64,000 bases of DNA. Origin: Actinomycetes bacterium (GTDB lineage: Bacteria > Actinomycetota > Thermoleophilia > UBA2241). Positions 1 through 8,180 of this stretch are shown here, piece by piece (within the stretch, counting starts at the first letter, position 1; the number at the start of each line of letters is the position of its first letter). Both the position numbers and the translations under genes were made by a program. The notes beneath the pieces are model-generated. The model was given only the letters and a program-made list of their open reading frames with translations, ran no database searches and was not told the DNA's origin. The stretch lies in the NCBI GenBank assembly GCA_029547745.1, contig JAKPOQ010000076.1:1627-65626 (forward strand), given 5' to 3'.

Positions 1-700
1 CCTCGGCCTCGTCGAAGATGGCGACCGTGAGTCACTGTTGGAGGCCCTCGCCGACCGTGACTACCCGCTCCTCGAGTCGATCGCCGCCAACGCCGCGGTC
101 GCCGACGAGGCGCTCAAGGCCCTCCAGGCGGCACTGACGCTCGGCGGCACGCGCGACAGCCTTGCCCAGGCGCGCAAGCTGGCGACGACGCCGGCCATGG
201 TGGCGGCGATCGACCGGCTGGTGAAGGTGAGGGACCTCGTCGCGGACGCGGGCTACGAGCGTGCGGTGACGTTCGACTTCGGCCTCTACCAGGACCTGAG
301 CTACTACACGGGGGTCATCTTCGAGGCGTGGGCGCCGGGCGTCGGCCTGCCGATCGCCTCGGGAGGGCGTTACGACGGGCTGGCGGCGCACTTCGACTGG
401 GAGGTCCCGGGGGTGGGGTTCGCCATCGCCGTCGAGCGACTGCGCGACGCTCTCGACGAAGCCGGCCGCCTGCCCGCTGTCGCGTCGCCGGCGCTGGCCT
501 TCGCCGGCGGCCTCGACGAGCCGGAGCGCGTCGCCGAGTTGCGCCGCGCCGGCATCGCCGTCGCGGCGCTGCCCGGCGACGCGCTCCCTCCGGCGCCCTT
601 GCTGCGCCGCGTCGGCGGACGCTATGTCCTCGAGCTCAGCGACGGCGCGCGCACTGAGGGTCCGTGGCGCGACATCAGACGCGCCCTGGGGATCGCATGA
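1..700 (+). CDS. hisZ: ATP phosphoribosyltransferase regulatory subunit HisZ (N-terminus lies upstream of the window)
   Basis: Frame is open from base 2, with no stop before the ORF-track start at 38. HisRS-like motifs YYTGVIFEAWAPGVGLPIASGGRYDGL and GVGFAIAVERL. Stop overlaps the hisG ATG (ATGA at 697-700). Confidence 0.75.
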   Translation, partial: LGLVEDGDRESLLEALADRDYPLLESIAANAAVADEALKALQAALTLGGTRDSLAQARKLATTPAMVAAIDRLVKVRDLVADAGYERAVTFDFGLYQDLSYYTGVIFEAWAPGVGLPIASGGRYDGLAAHFDWEVPGVGFAIAVERLRDALDEAGRLPAVASPALAFAGGLDEPERVAELRRAGIAVAALPGDALPPAPLLRRVGGRYVLELSDGARTEGPWRDIRRALGIA

Positions 701-1320
701 CGCTGCGCATCGGTCTCGAGCCGCAACCTCAGCTCGACGCAGTCCTCGGCCTCCTCTCCGCCGCAGGGCTTCCGGTCGCCGCCGTGCACGGTCTCCAGCG
801 CCAGCCGGGGATCGTGGAGGACGGGGACGTCGCCTGGGTCCGGGCTCCCGGCGGCGATCTGCTGTCGTGGTGCCAGGGCGGGGGCCTCGACCTGGCGGTC
901 GTGGGCAAGGAGTCCCTGCTCGAGGACGAGCCCGAGGTGTACGAGCTTCTCGACCTTCGCGTCGCCCCGGCGACGCTGGTGTTCGCCACGGCGGCGGCGA
1001 CGGGCGAAGGCCGGTCGGGGCGTCTGCGCGTGGCCACGCGCTTTCCCCGGCTGACCGCCCGCCACTTCGCCGCCGGCGGTCTTCAGGTGCAACCGGTCGG
1101 GCTCACGTCGGACGCGACCATCGCCGTGTCGCTCGGTCTCGCCGACGGAGTCGTGGAGCTCGATACGCTCCTCGCGGAAGCTGCGTCGGGGCTCGTCCGC
1201 CGCGACACGGTGGCGCCTTGCGGCGCTCGCCTGGTGGCCGGTCGGGCGGCGCGCGCGTTGCGCGGCGCTGAGGTCGCGGCGCTCGTCGTGCGTCTCCGCG
1301 ACCTGCTCGCGCAGCGCTGA
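697..1320 (+). CDS. hisG: ATP phosphoribosyltransferase, short form (HisZ-dependent)
   Basis: About 207 aa from the ATG at 697 (MTLRIGLEPQ...). The length fits short-form HisG. Translationally coupled to hisZ. The ORF-track start at 664 is an upstream alternative. Confidence 0.8.
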   Translation: MTLRIGLEPQPQLDAVLGLLSAAGLPVAAVHGLQRQPGIVEDGDVAWVRAPGGDLLSWCQGGGLDLAVVGKESLLEDEPEVYELLDLRVAPATLVFATAAATGEGRSGRLRVATRFPRLTARHFAAGGLQVQPVGLTSDATIAVSLGLADGVVELDTLLAEAASGLVRRDTVAPCGARLVAGRAARALRGAEVAALVVRLRDLLAQR

Positions 1321-1443
1321 GCGCGCGCCGCCCTGCGGCCTATGTTCTGGGCGCCGCGTGGTGTCGTCCCTTGCTTTCGCCTTCGGAGCGGTCGCCTTCC
1401 GTCGCCTGCGGCGTTGTGGTAGAACTCGACGCTGGAGGATTCG

Positions 1444-2040
1444 ATGGCCACGAGCAGACGCAGCGCAGAAGTCCGGCGCACGACGAGCGAGACCGACGTC
1501 ACCGTGAGGTTGACCCTGGACGGGTCGGGCGTCGCCGAGGTGACGACCGGGATCGGGTTCCTCGACCACATGCTTGAGCTTTTCGCCCGTCACGGGCGCA
1601 TCGACCTCGCGCTCAGCGCGAGCGGCGACCTCCATGTCGACGCCCATCACACCGTCGAGGACGTCGGGCTCGCCCTCGGCCAGGCGCTGGGCGAGGCGCT
1701 GGGCGAGAAGCGCGGCATCCGCCGCTACGGATCCGCCTTGATCCCGATGGACGAGGCCCTCGCCCTCGTCGCGCTGGACCTTTCGGGCAGGCCGTACTTC
1801 GCCCACGACCTGCAGTTGACCGGTCTGCGCACGGGAGGGTTCGAGGCCGAACTCGTGCCGCACTTCCTCCGCTCGTTCGCCACGCAGGCGGCGATGACCT
1901 TGCACATCCGCCTCTTGGCCGGCAGCGACACTCACCACATCGTCGAGGCGGTGTTCAAGGGCGTCGCGCGGGCGCTGGCCGAGGCCTGCGCGCTCCATGG
2001 TCTTGACGACGCCGTGCCGTCGACCAAGGGCGCGCTCTGA
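1444..2040 (+). CDS. hisB: imidazoleglycerol-phosphate dehydratase
   Basis: RRTTSETDVTVRLTLDGSG...GIGFLDHMLELFARHG...HHIVEAVFKGVARAL. GGAGGA Shine-Dalgarno just upstream of the ATG at 1444. Confidence 0.92.
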   Translation: MATSRRSAEVRRTTSETDVTVRLTLDGSGVAEVTTGIGFLDHMLELFARHGRIDLALSASGDLHVDAHHTVEDVGLALGQALGEALGEKRGIRRYGSALIPMDEALALVALDLSGRPYFAHDLQLTGLRTGGFEAELVPHFLRSFATQAAMTLHIRLLAGSDTHHIVEAVFKGVARALAEACALHGLDDAVPSTKGAL

Positions 2041-2094
2041 GCGGCTGGGGGCGCGCTCTGAGCGGCCGGGGGCGGGCTCTGAGCGGCCGGGGCA
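2032..2094. repeat. 3 x 21-bp tandem repeat spanning the hisB stop codon
   Basis: gcgctctgagcggctgggggc / gcgctctgagcggccgggggc / gggctctgagcggccggggca at 2032-2052, 2053-2073 and 2074-2094. Each unit carries the ctcTGA of the hisB 3' end. Confidence 0.9.
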
Positions 2095-2098
2095 CGTT

Positions 2099-2773
2099 GT
2101 GAGCGGCGGGTCGTCGACGGCCGGCGCAAGGCGTCCCGTCGGCGCCCCTCCCTCGGTCGCCGTCGTCGACTACGGGATGGGGAACCTTGCCAGCGTGGCC
2201 AAGGCGCTCGAGAGAGTCGGGGCCGGGGTGCGGGTCGTCGACGCGGCGGCGGGGCTGAAGGGCGCCGACGCCCTCGTCCTGCCGGGCGTCGGCGCCTTTC
2301 GTGACGCCGCCGCGCGTCTCGAGGCGACGGGTCTCGGACCGGCGGTCGTCGAACGCATCGCGGCGGGGGTGCCGTTCCTGGGCGTGTGCCTCGGCCTCCA
2401 GCTCCTCTTCGACAGCAGCGGCGAAGGTGGTCGCTGGACCGGCCTCGGCGTCCTTGGCGGCACGGTCGAGCGACTCGAGACCGGCCTCAAGGTGCCGCAC
2501 ATGGGGTGGAACGAGGTGACGTGGGCGGCGGCGGGGGCGGGCATGGCCTGCGGCCTGCCCGCCCCCGCCGCCTTCTACTTCGTACACTCCTACGCGGCGC
2601 GCCCGGCGGACGACGACGTGATCGCTGCGACTGCCGAGTACGGGGGGTCCGTGGTGGCGGCGGTGGCGCGCGACAACGTCTGGGCGGTACAGTTCCATCC
2701 GGAGAAGAGTTCGGCGACCGGCCTCGCTCTTCTGAGTAACTTCGTGGGCCTCGCGCAGGAGAAATGGCGATGA
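2099..2773 (+). CDS. hisH: imidazole glycerol phosphate synthase, glutamine amidotransferase subunit
   Basis: [23 protein letters not shown]...LPGVGAF...[10 protein letters not shown]...FHPEKS (class-I GATase Cys-His). GTG at 2099 chosen because it lies after the tandem repeat. Start uncertain; the ORF is open from 1997. Confidence 0.85.
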   Translation: MSGGSSTAGARRPVGAPPSVAVVDYGMGNLASVAKALERVGAGVRVVDAAAGLKGADALVLPGVGAFRDAAARLEATGLGPAVVERIAAGVPFLGVCLGLQLLFDSSGEGGRWTGLGVLGGTVERLETGLKVPHMGWNEVTWAAAGAGMACGLPAPAAFYFVHSYAARPADDDVIAATAEYGGSVVAAVARDNVWAVQFHPEKSSATGLALLSNFVGLAQEKWR

Positions 2774-3495
2774 TCGTCTTCCCGGCCATCGACATCCAGG
2801 GCGGCAAGGCCGTCCGTCTGCGGCGCGGCGATTTCGACGAGGCCACGGTCTTCTCGGACGACCCTGTGGCGCTCGCCCGTTATTGGCGGGACGAGGGCGC
2901 CGAGGCGCTGCACGTCGTCGACCTCGACGCGGCCCGGACTGGCGAGCTCGCCAACGTGGACCTCCTCGAGGACATCGTCGCGGCCGTCGACATCCCGGTC
3001 CAGTACGGCGGCGGCATCCGCTCCGAACAGGCGCTCGCCCTGGTCGCCGGCCTTGGTGTGCAGTGGGTGGTCATGGGGACGGCGGCGATCACCGCTCTCG
3101 AGCTGCTCGACGACGCCGTGGACTGGCTTGGGGAGCGCCTCGTCGTGGGGATGGACTGCACCGACGGGATGGTCGCGACGCACGGCTGGCAGGAGCGCAC
3201 GCAGATGAGCGCGGTCAAGTTCGTGCGCATCCTGGAGGAGCATGGGGTGAAGCGCGTCGTGTACACCGACACGTCCCGCGACGGCATGCTCGGCGGGCCG
3301 AACCTCGCTGGTCTCCGCGACCTCGCCGAGATGACCTCGCTGGAGCTCATCTGCTCGGGCGGCGTCGCATTGCTCGACGACTTGCGCCGCCTGCGGCGCC
3401 TGAACGCTGCCAACGTCGTCGGCGTGATCATCGGCCGGGCGCTCTACGAGAAGGCCTTCACGCTCGCCGAAGCCATGGCCGCCGTGCGCGGCTAG
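2764..3495 (+). CDS. hisA: ProFAR isomerase (HisA)
   Basis: [24 protein letters not shown]...GGGIRS...[11 protein letters not shown]...GGV. Start overlaps the hisH stop. Confidence 0.9.
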   Translation: MAMIVFPAIDIQGGKAVRLRRGDFDEATVFSDDPVALARYWRDEGAEALHVVDLDAARTGELANVDLLEDIVAAVDIPVQYGGGIRSEQALALVAGLGVQWVVMGTAAITALELLDDAVDWLGERLVVGMDCTDGMVATHGWQERTQMSAVKFVRILEEHGVKRVVYTDTSRDGMLGGPNLAGLRDLAEMTSLELICSGGVALLDDLRRLRRLNAANVVGVIIGRALYEKAFTLAEAMAAVRG

Positions 3496-3512
3496 AGCCG
3501 GTCCCGGCGGCT

Positions 3513-4289
3513 ATGCTGTCCAAGCGCGTCATCCCTTGTCTGGACGTCCGCGGCGGGCGTGTGGTCAAGGGGGTCAACTTCATCGACTTCCGGGATGCCG
3601 GCGACCCGGTCGAGCTCGCCGCCTTCTACGACTCCGAAGGCGCCGACGAGATCGTCTTTCTGGACATCACCGCCTCGCACGAGGGCCGTGAGATCATCGC
3701 CGACCTCGCGGCGCGGTGCGCCGAGCAGGTCTTCATCCCGTTCACCATCGGTGGAGGACTGCGTCGCGAGGAGGACGTCCGCGCCATCCTCGCCGCCGGC
3801 GCCGACAAGGTGACGATGAACACGGCCGCCGTCGAGGACCCCGAGCTGGTGCGGCGCTGCGCCGACCGCTTCGGCTCGCAGTGCATCGTGGTCGCGATCG
3901 ACGCCAAGCGCGTGACGGAAGCGATGCCCGGCGTCGGGCTCCGTTGGGAGGTATACCTGCACGGCGGTCGGACGCCGACCGGCATCGACGCCGAGGCATG
4001 GGCGGTGCAGGCGGCTGAGCTGGGCGCCGGCGAGTTCATGCTCACGAGCATGGACCGCGACGGGACCTGCGACGGCTACGACCTCGAGCTCACGCGGACG
4101 GTGGCTCGCGCGGTCGACGTGCCGGTCATCGCCTCGGGCGGGGTCGGCACGCTCGAACATCTCGCCGAGGGCCTCACCGCGGGCGAAGCGGACGCGGTGC
4201 TCGCCGCCTCGATCTTCCACTACGGGACGTTCTCGATCGCGCAGGCGAAGGAGTTCCTTGCGGCGCGCGGCATCCCCGTGCGTCGGTGA
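3513..4289 (+). CDS. hisF: imidazole glycerol phosphate synthase, cyclase subunit
   Basis: [23 protein letters not shown]...GGGLR...TSMDRDGT...ASGGVG...ASIFHYG. The ORF-track entry 2883..4289 is the same frame extended upstream. Confidence 0.93.
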   Translation: MLSKRVIPCLDVRGGRVVKGVNFIDFRDAGDPVELAAFYDSEGADEIVFLDITASHEGREIIADLAARCAEQVFIPFTIGGGLRREEDVRAILAAGADKVTMNTAAVEDPELVRRCADRFGSQCIVVAIDAKRVTEAMPGVGLRWEVYLHGGRTPTGIDAEAWAVQAAELGAGEFMLTSMDRDGTCDGYDLELTRTVARAVDVPVIASGGVGTLEHLAEGLTAGEADAVLAASIFHYGTFSIAQAKEFLAARGIPVRR

Positions 4290-4335
4290 GCGCGGTGCGT
4301 CGGTGCGGCGGTGAGCGCGGTGCGGCGATGAGCGG
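4278..4335. repeat. imperfect tandem duplication around the hisF stop codon
   Basis: ggtgagcgcggtgcg occurs at 4285-4299 and again at 4310-4324 (period 25 bp). A third degenerate copy (gcgatgagcgg) contains the likely tsaC ATG. Confidence 0.7.
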
Positions 4336-5104
4336 CTCTCTTGGGGACGTTGCGCGGACCGGCGAGGCACGCAGCGGCGCCGGTCCGGTGTCGGGTGGCC
4401 GACCCGAACGTATCGCGCTCGGCGCGCTCGACCGCGCCGCCGCGGCGGAGCTGCCGCTGCGGCTCGCCGGGGCGCGCCTCGCCTGCTTTCCGACCGACAC
4501 CGTCTACGGGGTCGGCGGCGTCCTTTCGCCGGCTTCGGTGGCGGCCGTCATCGCCGCCAAGGGGCGCGAGGAGGACAAGCCGCTGCAGGTGATCTTTCCG
4601 AATCGCGAGCTGCTGCTCTCGGCGCTGTCGCTGGGGGCGCAGCTGACGGACGTCTGCCTGCGCCTGCTGCCCGGTCCCGTGACGCTGGTGCTTCCGTATC
4701 CCGAAGACTTCGTGTGCCCACCTCCGGGCGAGGTCGTGCACGAGGAGCGGCGCCCGTTCGGCGGCAGAAGGCGGGTCGTCGTCCGCACGCTGGGCGTGCG
4801 CGTGCCCCGCTGGCCGGCGCCGGCGCGCCTGCTCGAGACGCTCCCGTTCCCTCTCGTCGCCTCGAGCGCCAATCGCAGCGGCGCGCCGGCGCCGGCGAGC
4901 CTCGCCGAGGTCGCCCCGGCGATCCTCGCCGCCTGCGACCTCGCCCTCGACGGTGGCCCGGCGGGGGGTGTGGCTTCGTCGGTCGTCGACTTCAGTCGTT
5001 ACGCCGAGACGGGTCGCTGGAGGGTGCTGCGCGAAGGCGCGTGGAGCGCCGCCGAGCTCGCGGAGCGTCTGACGCGGCGGCGCGACGACCTGCCGCGGGT
5101 CTGA
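4328..5104 (+). CDS. tsaC: L-threonylcarbamoyladenylate synthase (Sua5/YwlC/TsaC family)
   Basis: FPTDTVYGVGG...KGREEDKPLQVIF...LPGPVTLVL...VRVP...SSANRSG. Start uncertain: ATG at 4328 or the ORF-track start at 4286. Confidence 0.75.
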   Translation: MSGSLGDVARTGEARSGAGPVSGGRPERIALGALDRAAAAELPLRLAGARLACFPTDTVYGVGGVLSPASVAAVIAAKGREEDKPLQVIFPNRELLLSALSLGAQLTDVCLRLLPGPVTLVLPYPEDFVCPPPGEVVHEERRPFGGRRRVVVRTLGVRVPRWPAPARLLETLPFPLVASSANRSGAPAPASLAEVAPAILAACDLALDGGPAGGVASSVVDFSRYAETGRWRVLREGAWSAAELAERLTRRRDDLPRV

Positions 5105-5309
5105 CGCCTGGGGTGCCGCGGAGGACGGTCGCGCGGCGGCGCGCTCCTGCGCGGATCGTCCTCGTGACACGTGTCGCGGGCGGCGCCGCTCGCCCCGCCG
5201 CCTGCCCGCGCGGAGGGGCTGGGGTACAATCAGCGTCTTGGCGCGGGGACGCCCGGCGGTCGCCGGGCCCGCCCGCGCCTGCCGCCCACCGACCGGGAGG
5301 GACGTCGTC

Positions 5310-5798
5310 GTGAGGATCGCCGCCGGAGCCGACCACGCCGGGTTCGCCGTCAAGCAGGCCGTCGTGCGGCATCTGCGCGCGCAGGGCCACGAGGTCGTCG
5401 ATCTCGGGACGTCCGACGCCGGGACTTCGGTGGACTACCCCGACTTCGCCCACGCCGTCGCCGAGGCGGTCGCCGCGAGAGACGTCGAGCGCGGCGTCCT
5501 CGTCTGCGGCACCGGACTCGGCATGTGCATGGCCGCGAACCGGCACGCGCGGGTCCGCGCAGCGGACTGCACGACGCCGCATCTGGCGGAGATGTCGCGG
5601 CGCCATAACGACGCCAACGTCCTCTGTCTCGGTGGCCGTCTGTTGTCGGAGGATGAGGCGTGGGCGATCACCGAGGTCTGGATGGCGACGCCTTTCGACG
5701 GCGGTCGTCATGCGCGTCGTGTGGCCGCCATCGAGCGGGTCGGCGCCGGCGACTGCGGCGACCCCGCCGATCTCGAGGGAGCGGATGGATCCGGCTGA
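5310..5798 (+). CDS. rpiB: ribose-5-phosphate isomerase B
   Basis: [33 protein letters not shown]...[19 protein letters not shown] at 5310 is preceded by GGGAGG. Confidence 0.85.
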   Translation: MRIAAGADHAGFAVKQAVVRHLRAQGHEVVDLGTSDAGTSVDYPDFAHAVAEAVAARDVERGVLVCGTGLGMCMAANRHARVRAADCTTPHLAEMSRRHNDANVLCLGGRLLSEDEAWAITEVWMATPFDGGRHARRVAAIERVGAGDCGDPADLEGADGSG

Positions 5799-6303
5799 GC
5801 TCAGCGGCGCATCCGAGGTGGACGCCGAGAGCATCGGCGGCGACCGACGTCGCCCGAGCTGGAACGAGTACTTCCTCCAGCTCGCCCGCCAGGCGGCGAC
5901 GCGCTCGACTTGCTTGCGTCGCCAGGTCGGCGCGCTCCTCGTGCGCGACAAGCGCGTCCTCGCCATGGGATACAACGGCGCCCCCCGTGGCGTCGCGCAC
6001 TGCCTCGACACGGGCTGCCTGCGGGAGCAGCTCGGTATCCCCTCGGGCGAGCGTCAGGAGCTTTGCCGCGCGATCCACGCCGAGCAGAACGCCATCATCC
6101 AGGCTGCGGTGCACGGCGTGGCCATCGAGGGCGCGACGTTGTACTGCACGCACCAGCCATGCGTCCTCTGCGCCAAGATGCTCATCAACTGCGGAGTACG
6201 TGAGATCCACTACCTCGACGGCTATCCCGACGAGCTCTCGTCGGCGATGTTCGCCGAGGCCGGGGTCCGGGTCGTCAAGGAGGAACTGCCATCGACGGGC
6301 TGA
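5785..6303 (+). CDS. deoxycytidylate (dCMP) deaminase / ComEB-type cytidine-deoxycytidylate deaminase
   Basis: [18 protein letters not shown]...[10 protein letters not shown]...HAEQNAI...[13 protein letters not shown] (zinc-binding HAE and PCxxC motifs). Confidence 0.85.
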   Translation: MDPAELSGASEVDAESIGGDRRRPSWNEYFLQLARQAATRSTCLRRQVGALLVRDKRVLAMGYNGAPRGVAHCLDTGCLREQLGIPSGERQELCRAIHAEQNAIIQAAVHGVAIEGATLYCTHQPCVLCAKMLINCGVREIHYLDGYPDELSSAMFAEAGVRVVKEELPSTG

Positions 6304-6362
6304 TCGGCCTCGCCACCGCGACCCGGACGGCGCTGCTCGGCTTCGTTGCCGCTGCGGTCATC

Positions 6363-7415
6363 GTGCTCGTGGTCACCCCCCTGATGGGGCGCCTGGCGTA
6401 CGCTGCCGGGGCGCTCGACCGACCGACGGAGGACCGGCGCATGCACACGGAGGCGACGCCGCTGCTCGGCGGCCTCGCCATCTACATCGCCTGGCTGGTC
6501 CCCGTCCTGCTCCTCGTGCACGTCACGCGTCCCGTATGGGGCATCGTCGCCGGCGGCACCATCGTCGTCGCCGTCGGCGTGTTCGACGACCTCTTCGAGC
6601 TCGAGCCGATCGTCAAGTTCACCGGCCAGTTGCTCGCCATCGGCGTGGCCGTCTATTTCGGCCTGCGCATCACCCGCGTGGCGATCCCGTTCGTCGACGA
6701 GTTCCTTCAGTTCCCCGACGTCCTCTCGGTGCTCGTCACGATGGTGTGGATGGCGGCGATCATCAACATGGTCAACTTCATCGACGGTCTCGACGGGCTG
6801 GCCGCCGGCGTGTGCGGCATCGCCGCCGTGACGTTCAGCGTGATCTCGATCTCGACGGGGTTCCCAGCCCTCGGCATCATCGCTGCCGTGCTCGCCGGGG
6901 CGACGTTCGCCTTCCTGCGCTTCAACTTCCACCCGGCCTCAATCTTCATGGGTGACGCGGGCTCGATGCTGCTCGGCTTCGTTCTCGGGGCGATCAGCAT
7001 ACAGAGCGTGATGAAGGGGACTGCCGCGGTCGCCCTCCTGCTTCCGCTGCTCGTGCTCGGCGTACCGTTCATCGACCTGTTCCTGATCGTCTGGCGTCGG
7101 TGGCGGCGGGGCGTGCCCTTCTACGCGCCCGGCGCTGATCACGTCCACCACGACCTGGTGCTCGTGCACGGGTTCTCGCAGCGCAAGAGCGTGCTGCTGC
7201 TGTACTCGTGGTGTCTGCTGTTGAACGGGCTCGCCGTCGCGATGCAACAGGACGCGACCTGGGCGATCGTCGTCCTCGGCATCGGCGCCGCGGTCGCCAC
7301 CGCTCACATGGCGCGGCTGCTCAGCCGGTATCGGACGGGCTGCGCGCCGGACGGCGCCGGCGACCAGGCCCGTCCCGCCGGCGACGCTCCGCCGGTACCG
7401 CGGGACGGCAAATGA
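6363..7415 (+). CDS. wecA: MraY/WecA-family polyprenyl-phosphate N-acetylhexosamine-1-phosphate transferase
   Basis: NMVNFIDGLDGLAAG, FMGDAGSMLLGF and multiple TM helices. The first canonical start is GTG 6363, but the frame is open from 6204 and encodes the missing first TM helix upstream (see finding). Confidence 0.85.
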   Translation: MLVVTPLMGRLAYAAGALDRPTEDRRMHTEATPLLGGLAIYIAWLVPVLLLVHVTRPVWGIVAGGTIVVAVGVFDDLFELEPIVKFTGQLLAIGVAVYFGLRITRVAIPFVDEFLQFPDVLSVLVTMVWMAAIINMVNFIDGLDGLAAGVCGIAAVTFSVISISTGFPALGIIAAVLAGATFAFLRFNFHPASIFMGDAGSMLLGFVLGAISIQSVMKGTAAVALLLPLLVLGVPFIDLFLIVWRRWRRGVPFYAPGADHVHHDLVLVHGFSQRKSVLLLYSWCLLLNGLAVAMQQDATWAIVVLGIGAAVATAHMARLLSRYRTGCAPDGAGDQARPAGDAPPVPRDGK

Positions 7416-7488
7416 TCGTTCCCGCCTGTCGGCGCGCAGGAGTCTCCATCACGGGCGCGTTGTCGCCCGTCGACGCGGCGGCTATAGT

Positions 7489-7710
7489 GTGACTCCACCA
7501 CGGGGAAGAGCCGGGGACGACGATCGGCGGCCCTCTCCGTCGGGCGAATCGGTCGCGTTCCTCATCTTGGGCGGCGTCGTCACCGGTGGCGGCGTGGGAG
7601 CCGGGCTCGACTGGGTCCTCGACAAGTTCCCGCTGTGTACCGTGATCGGCGTGTTCGTAGGGTTCGCGCTGGCGCTGTACGCTTTGTACCTCGAGACGAA
7701 GCCGCGCTAG
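7489..7710 (+). CDS. small two-TM membrane protein resembling the AtpZ-type putative F0F1-ATPase subunit family
   Basis: 73 aa with FLILGGVVTGGGVGAGLDWVLDKFPLCTVIGVFVGFALALYALY. Occupies the position (after wecA) of the small membrane protein that precedes atpB in mycobacteria. Start uncertain. Confidence 0.55.
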   Translation: MTPPRGRAGDDDRRPSPSGESVAFLILGGVVTGGGVGAGLDWVLDKFPLCTVIGVFVGFALALYALYLETKPR

Positions 7711-8180
7711 CCCCGGAGGTAGGCGGGCGATCGGGTAAGCCAGACGCAGGGGGAGAAAGCCGTCGTGCAGAGCGTCGGCAATCCGCGAGACCATGGTCTG
7801 TGGGACGGAGAGTGCGGGTCTACCGACGGGGAACGGTCGCTCCCACAGCATCACGGTCAGTCGTGACTGGATTCGTCAGCAGCAGCACTGCGTGACGGTG
7901 AGTTCAGGTATCTGCATGACGCCGCCAGGACGTGTCAGGCATATTGGTCGTCGTCCATCCATCCTGACGCCGGCAGACGATCCTCACGGCGTATACCGCC
8001 CACTCCAGCCACCTGTGAACGTGAGGGCCCGTCATCAGGACGGTGCGCTGTCCGTGTCTTCTTGGCCCATATGAACGCCGCCCGAGTCCGTGGCATACTG
8101 AGAGCAGCCAGTGTCATTCAGTGGAGGAGGGTCTTGCCTCTGAAGCGTTCACTCGCGGCCAGACGGCGATTGACACGATC

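Noticed and set aside
7483-7491. TATAGT directly abutting the GTG at 7489 as a leaderless promoter for the atpZ-like gene
   Set aside because: A -10 box immediately adjacent to the start codon leaves no room for the usual 6-8-nt distance to the TSS. Either the hexamer is fortuitous or the true start is elsewhere. It is not reported as a feature.
7858-7935. Partial resemblance to the ZTP (pfl) riboswitch core (gtcgtgactgg ... ccgccaggac)
   Set aside because: Only the GUCGUGACUGG stretch and a loose CCGCC(A)GG(A)C match from memory. The intervening P2 and GGGAA/CCGGGG elements are absent. The downstream gene is a histidine kinase rather than a purine or folate gene. An Infernal scan would be needed to revive this idea.
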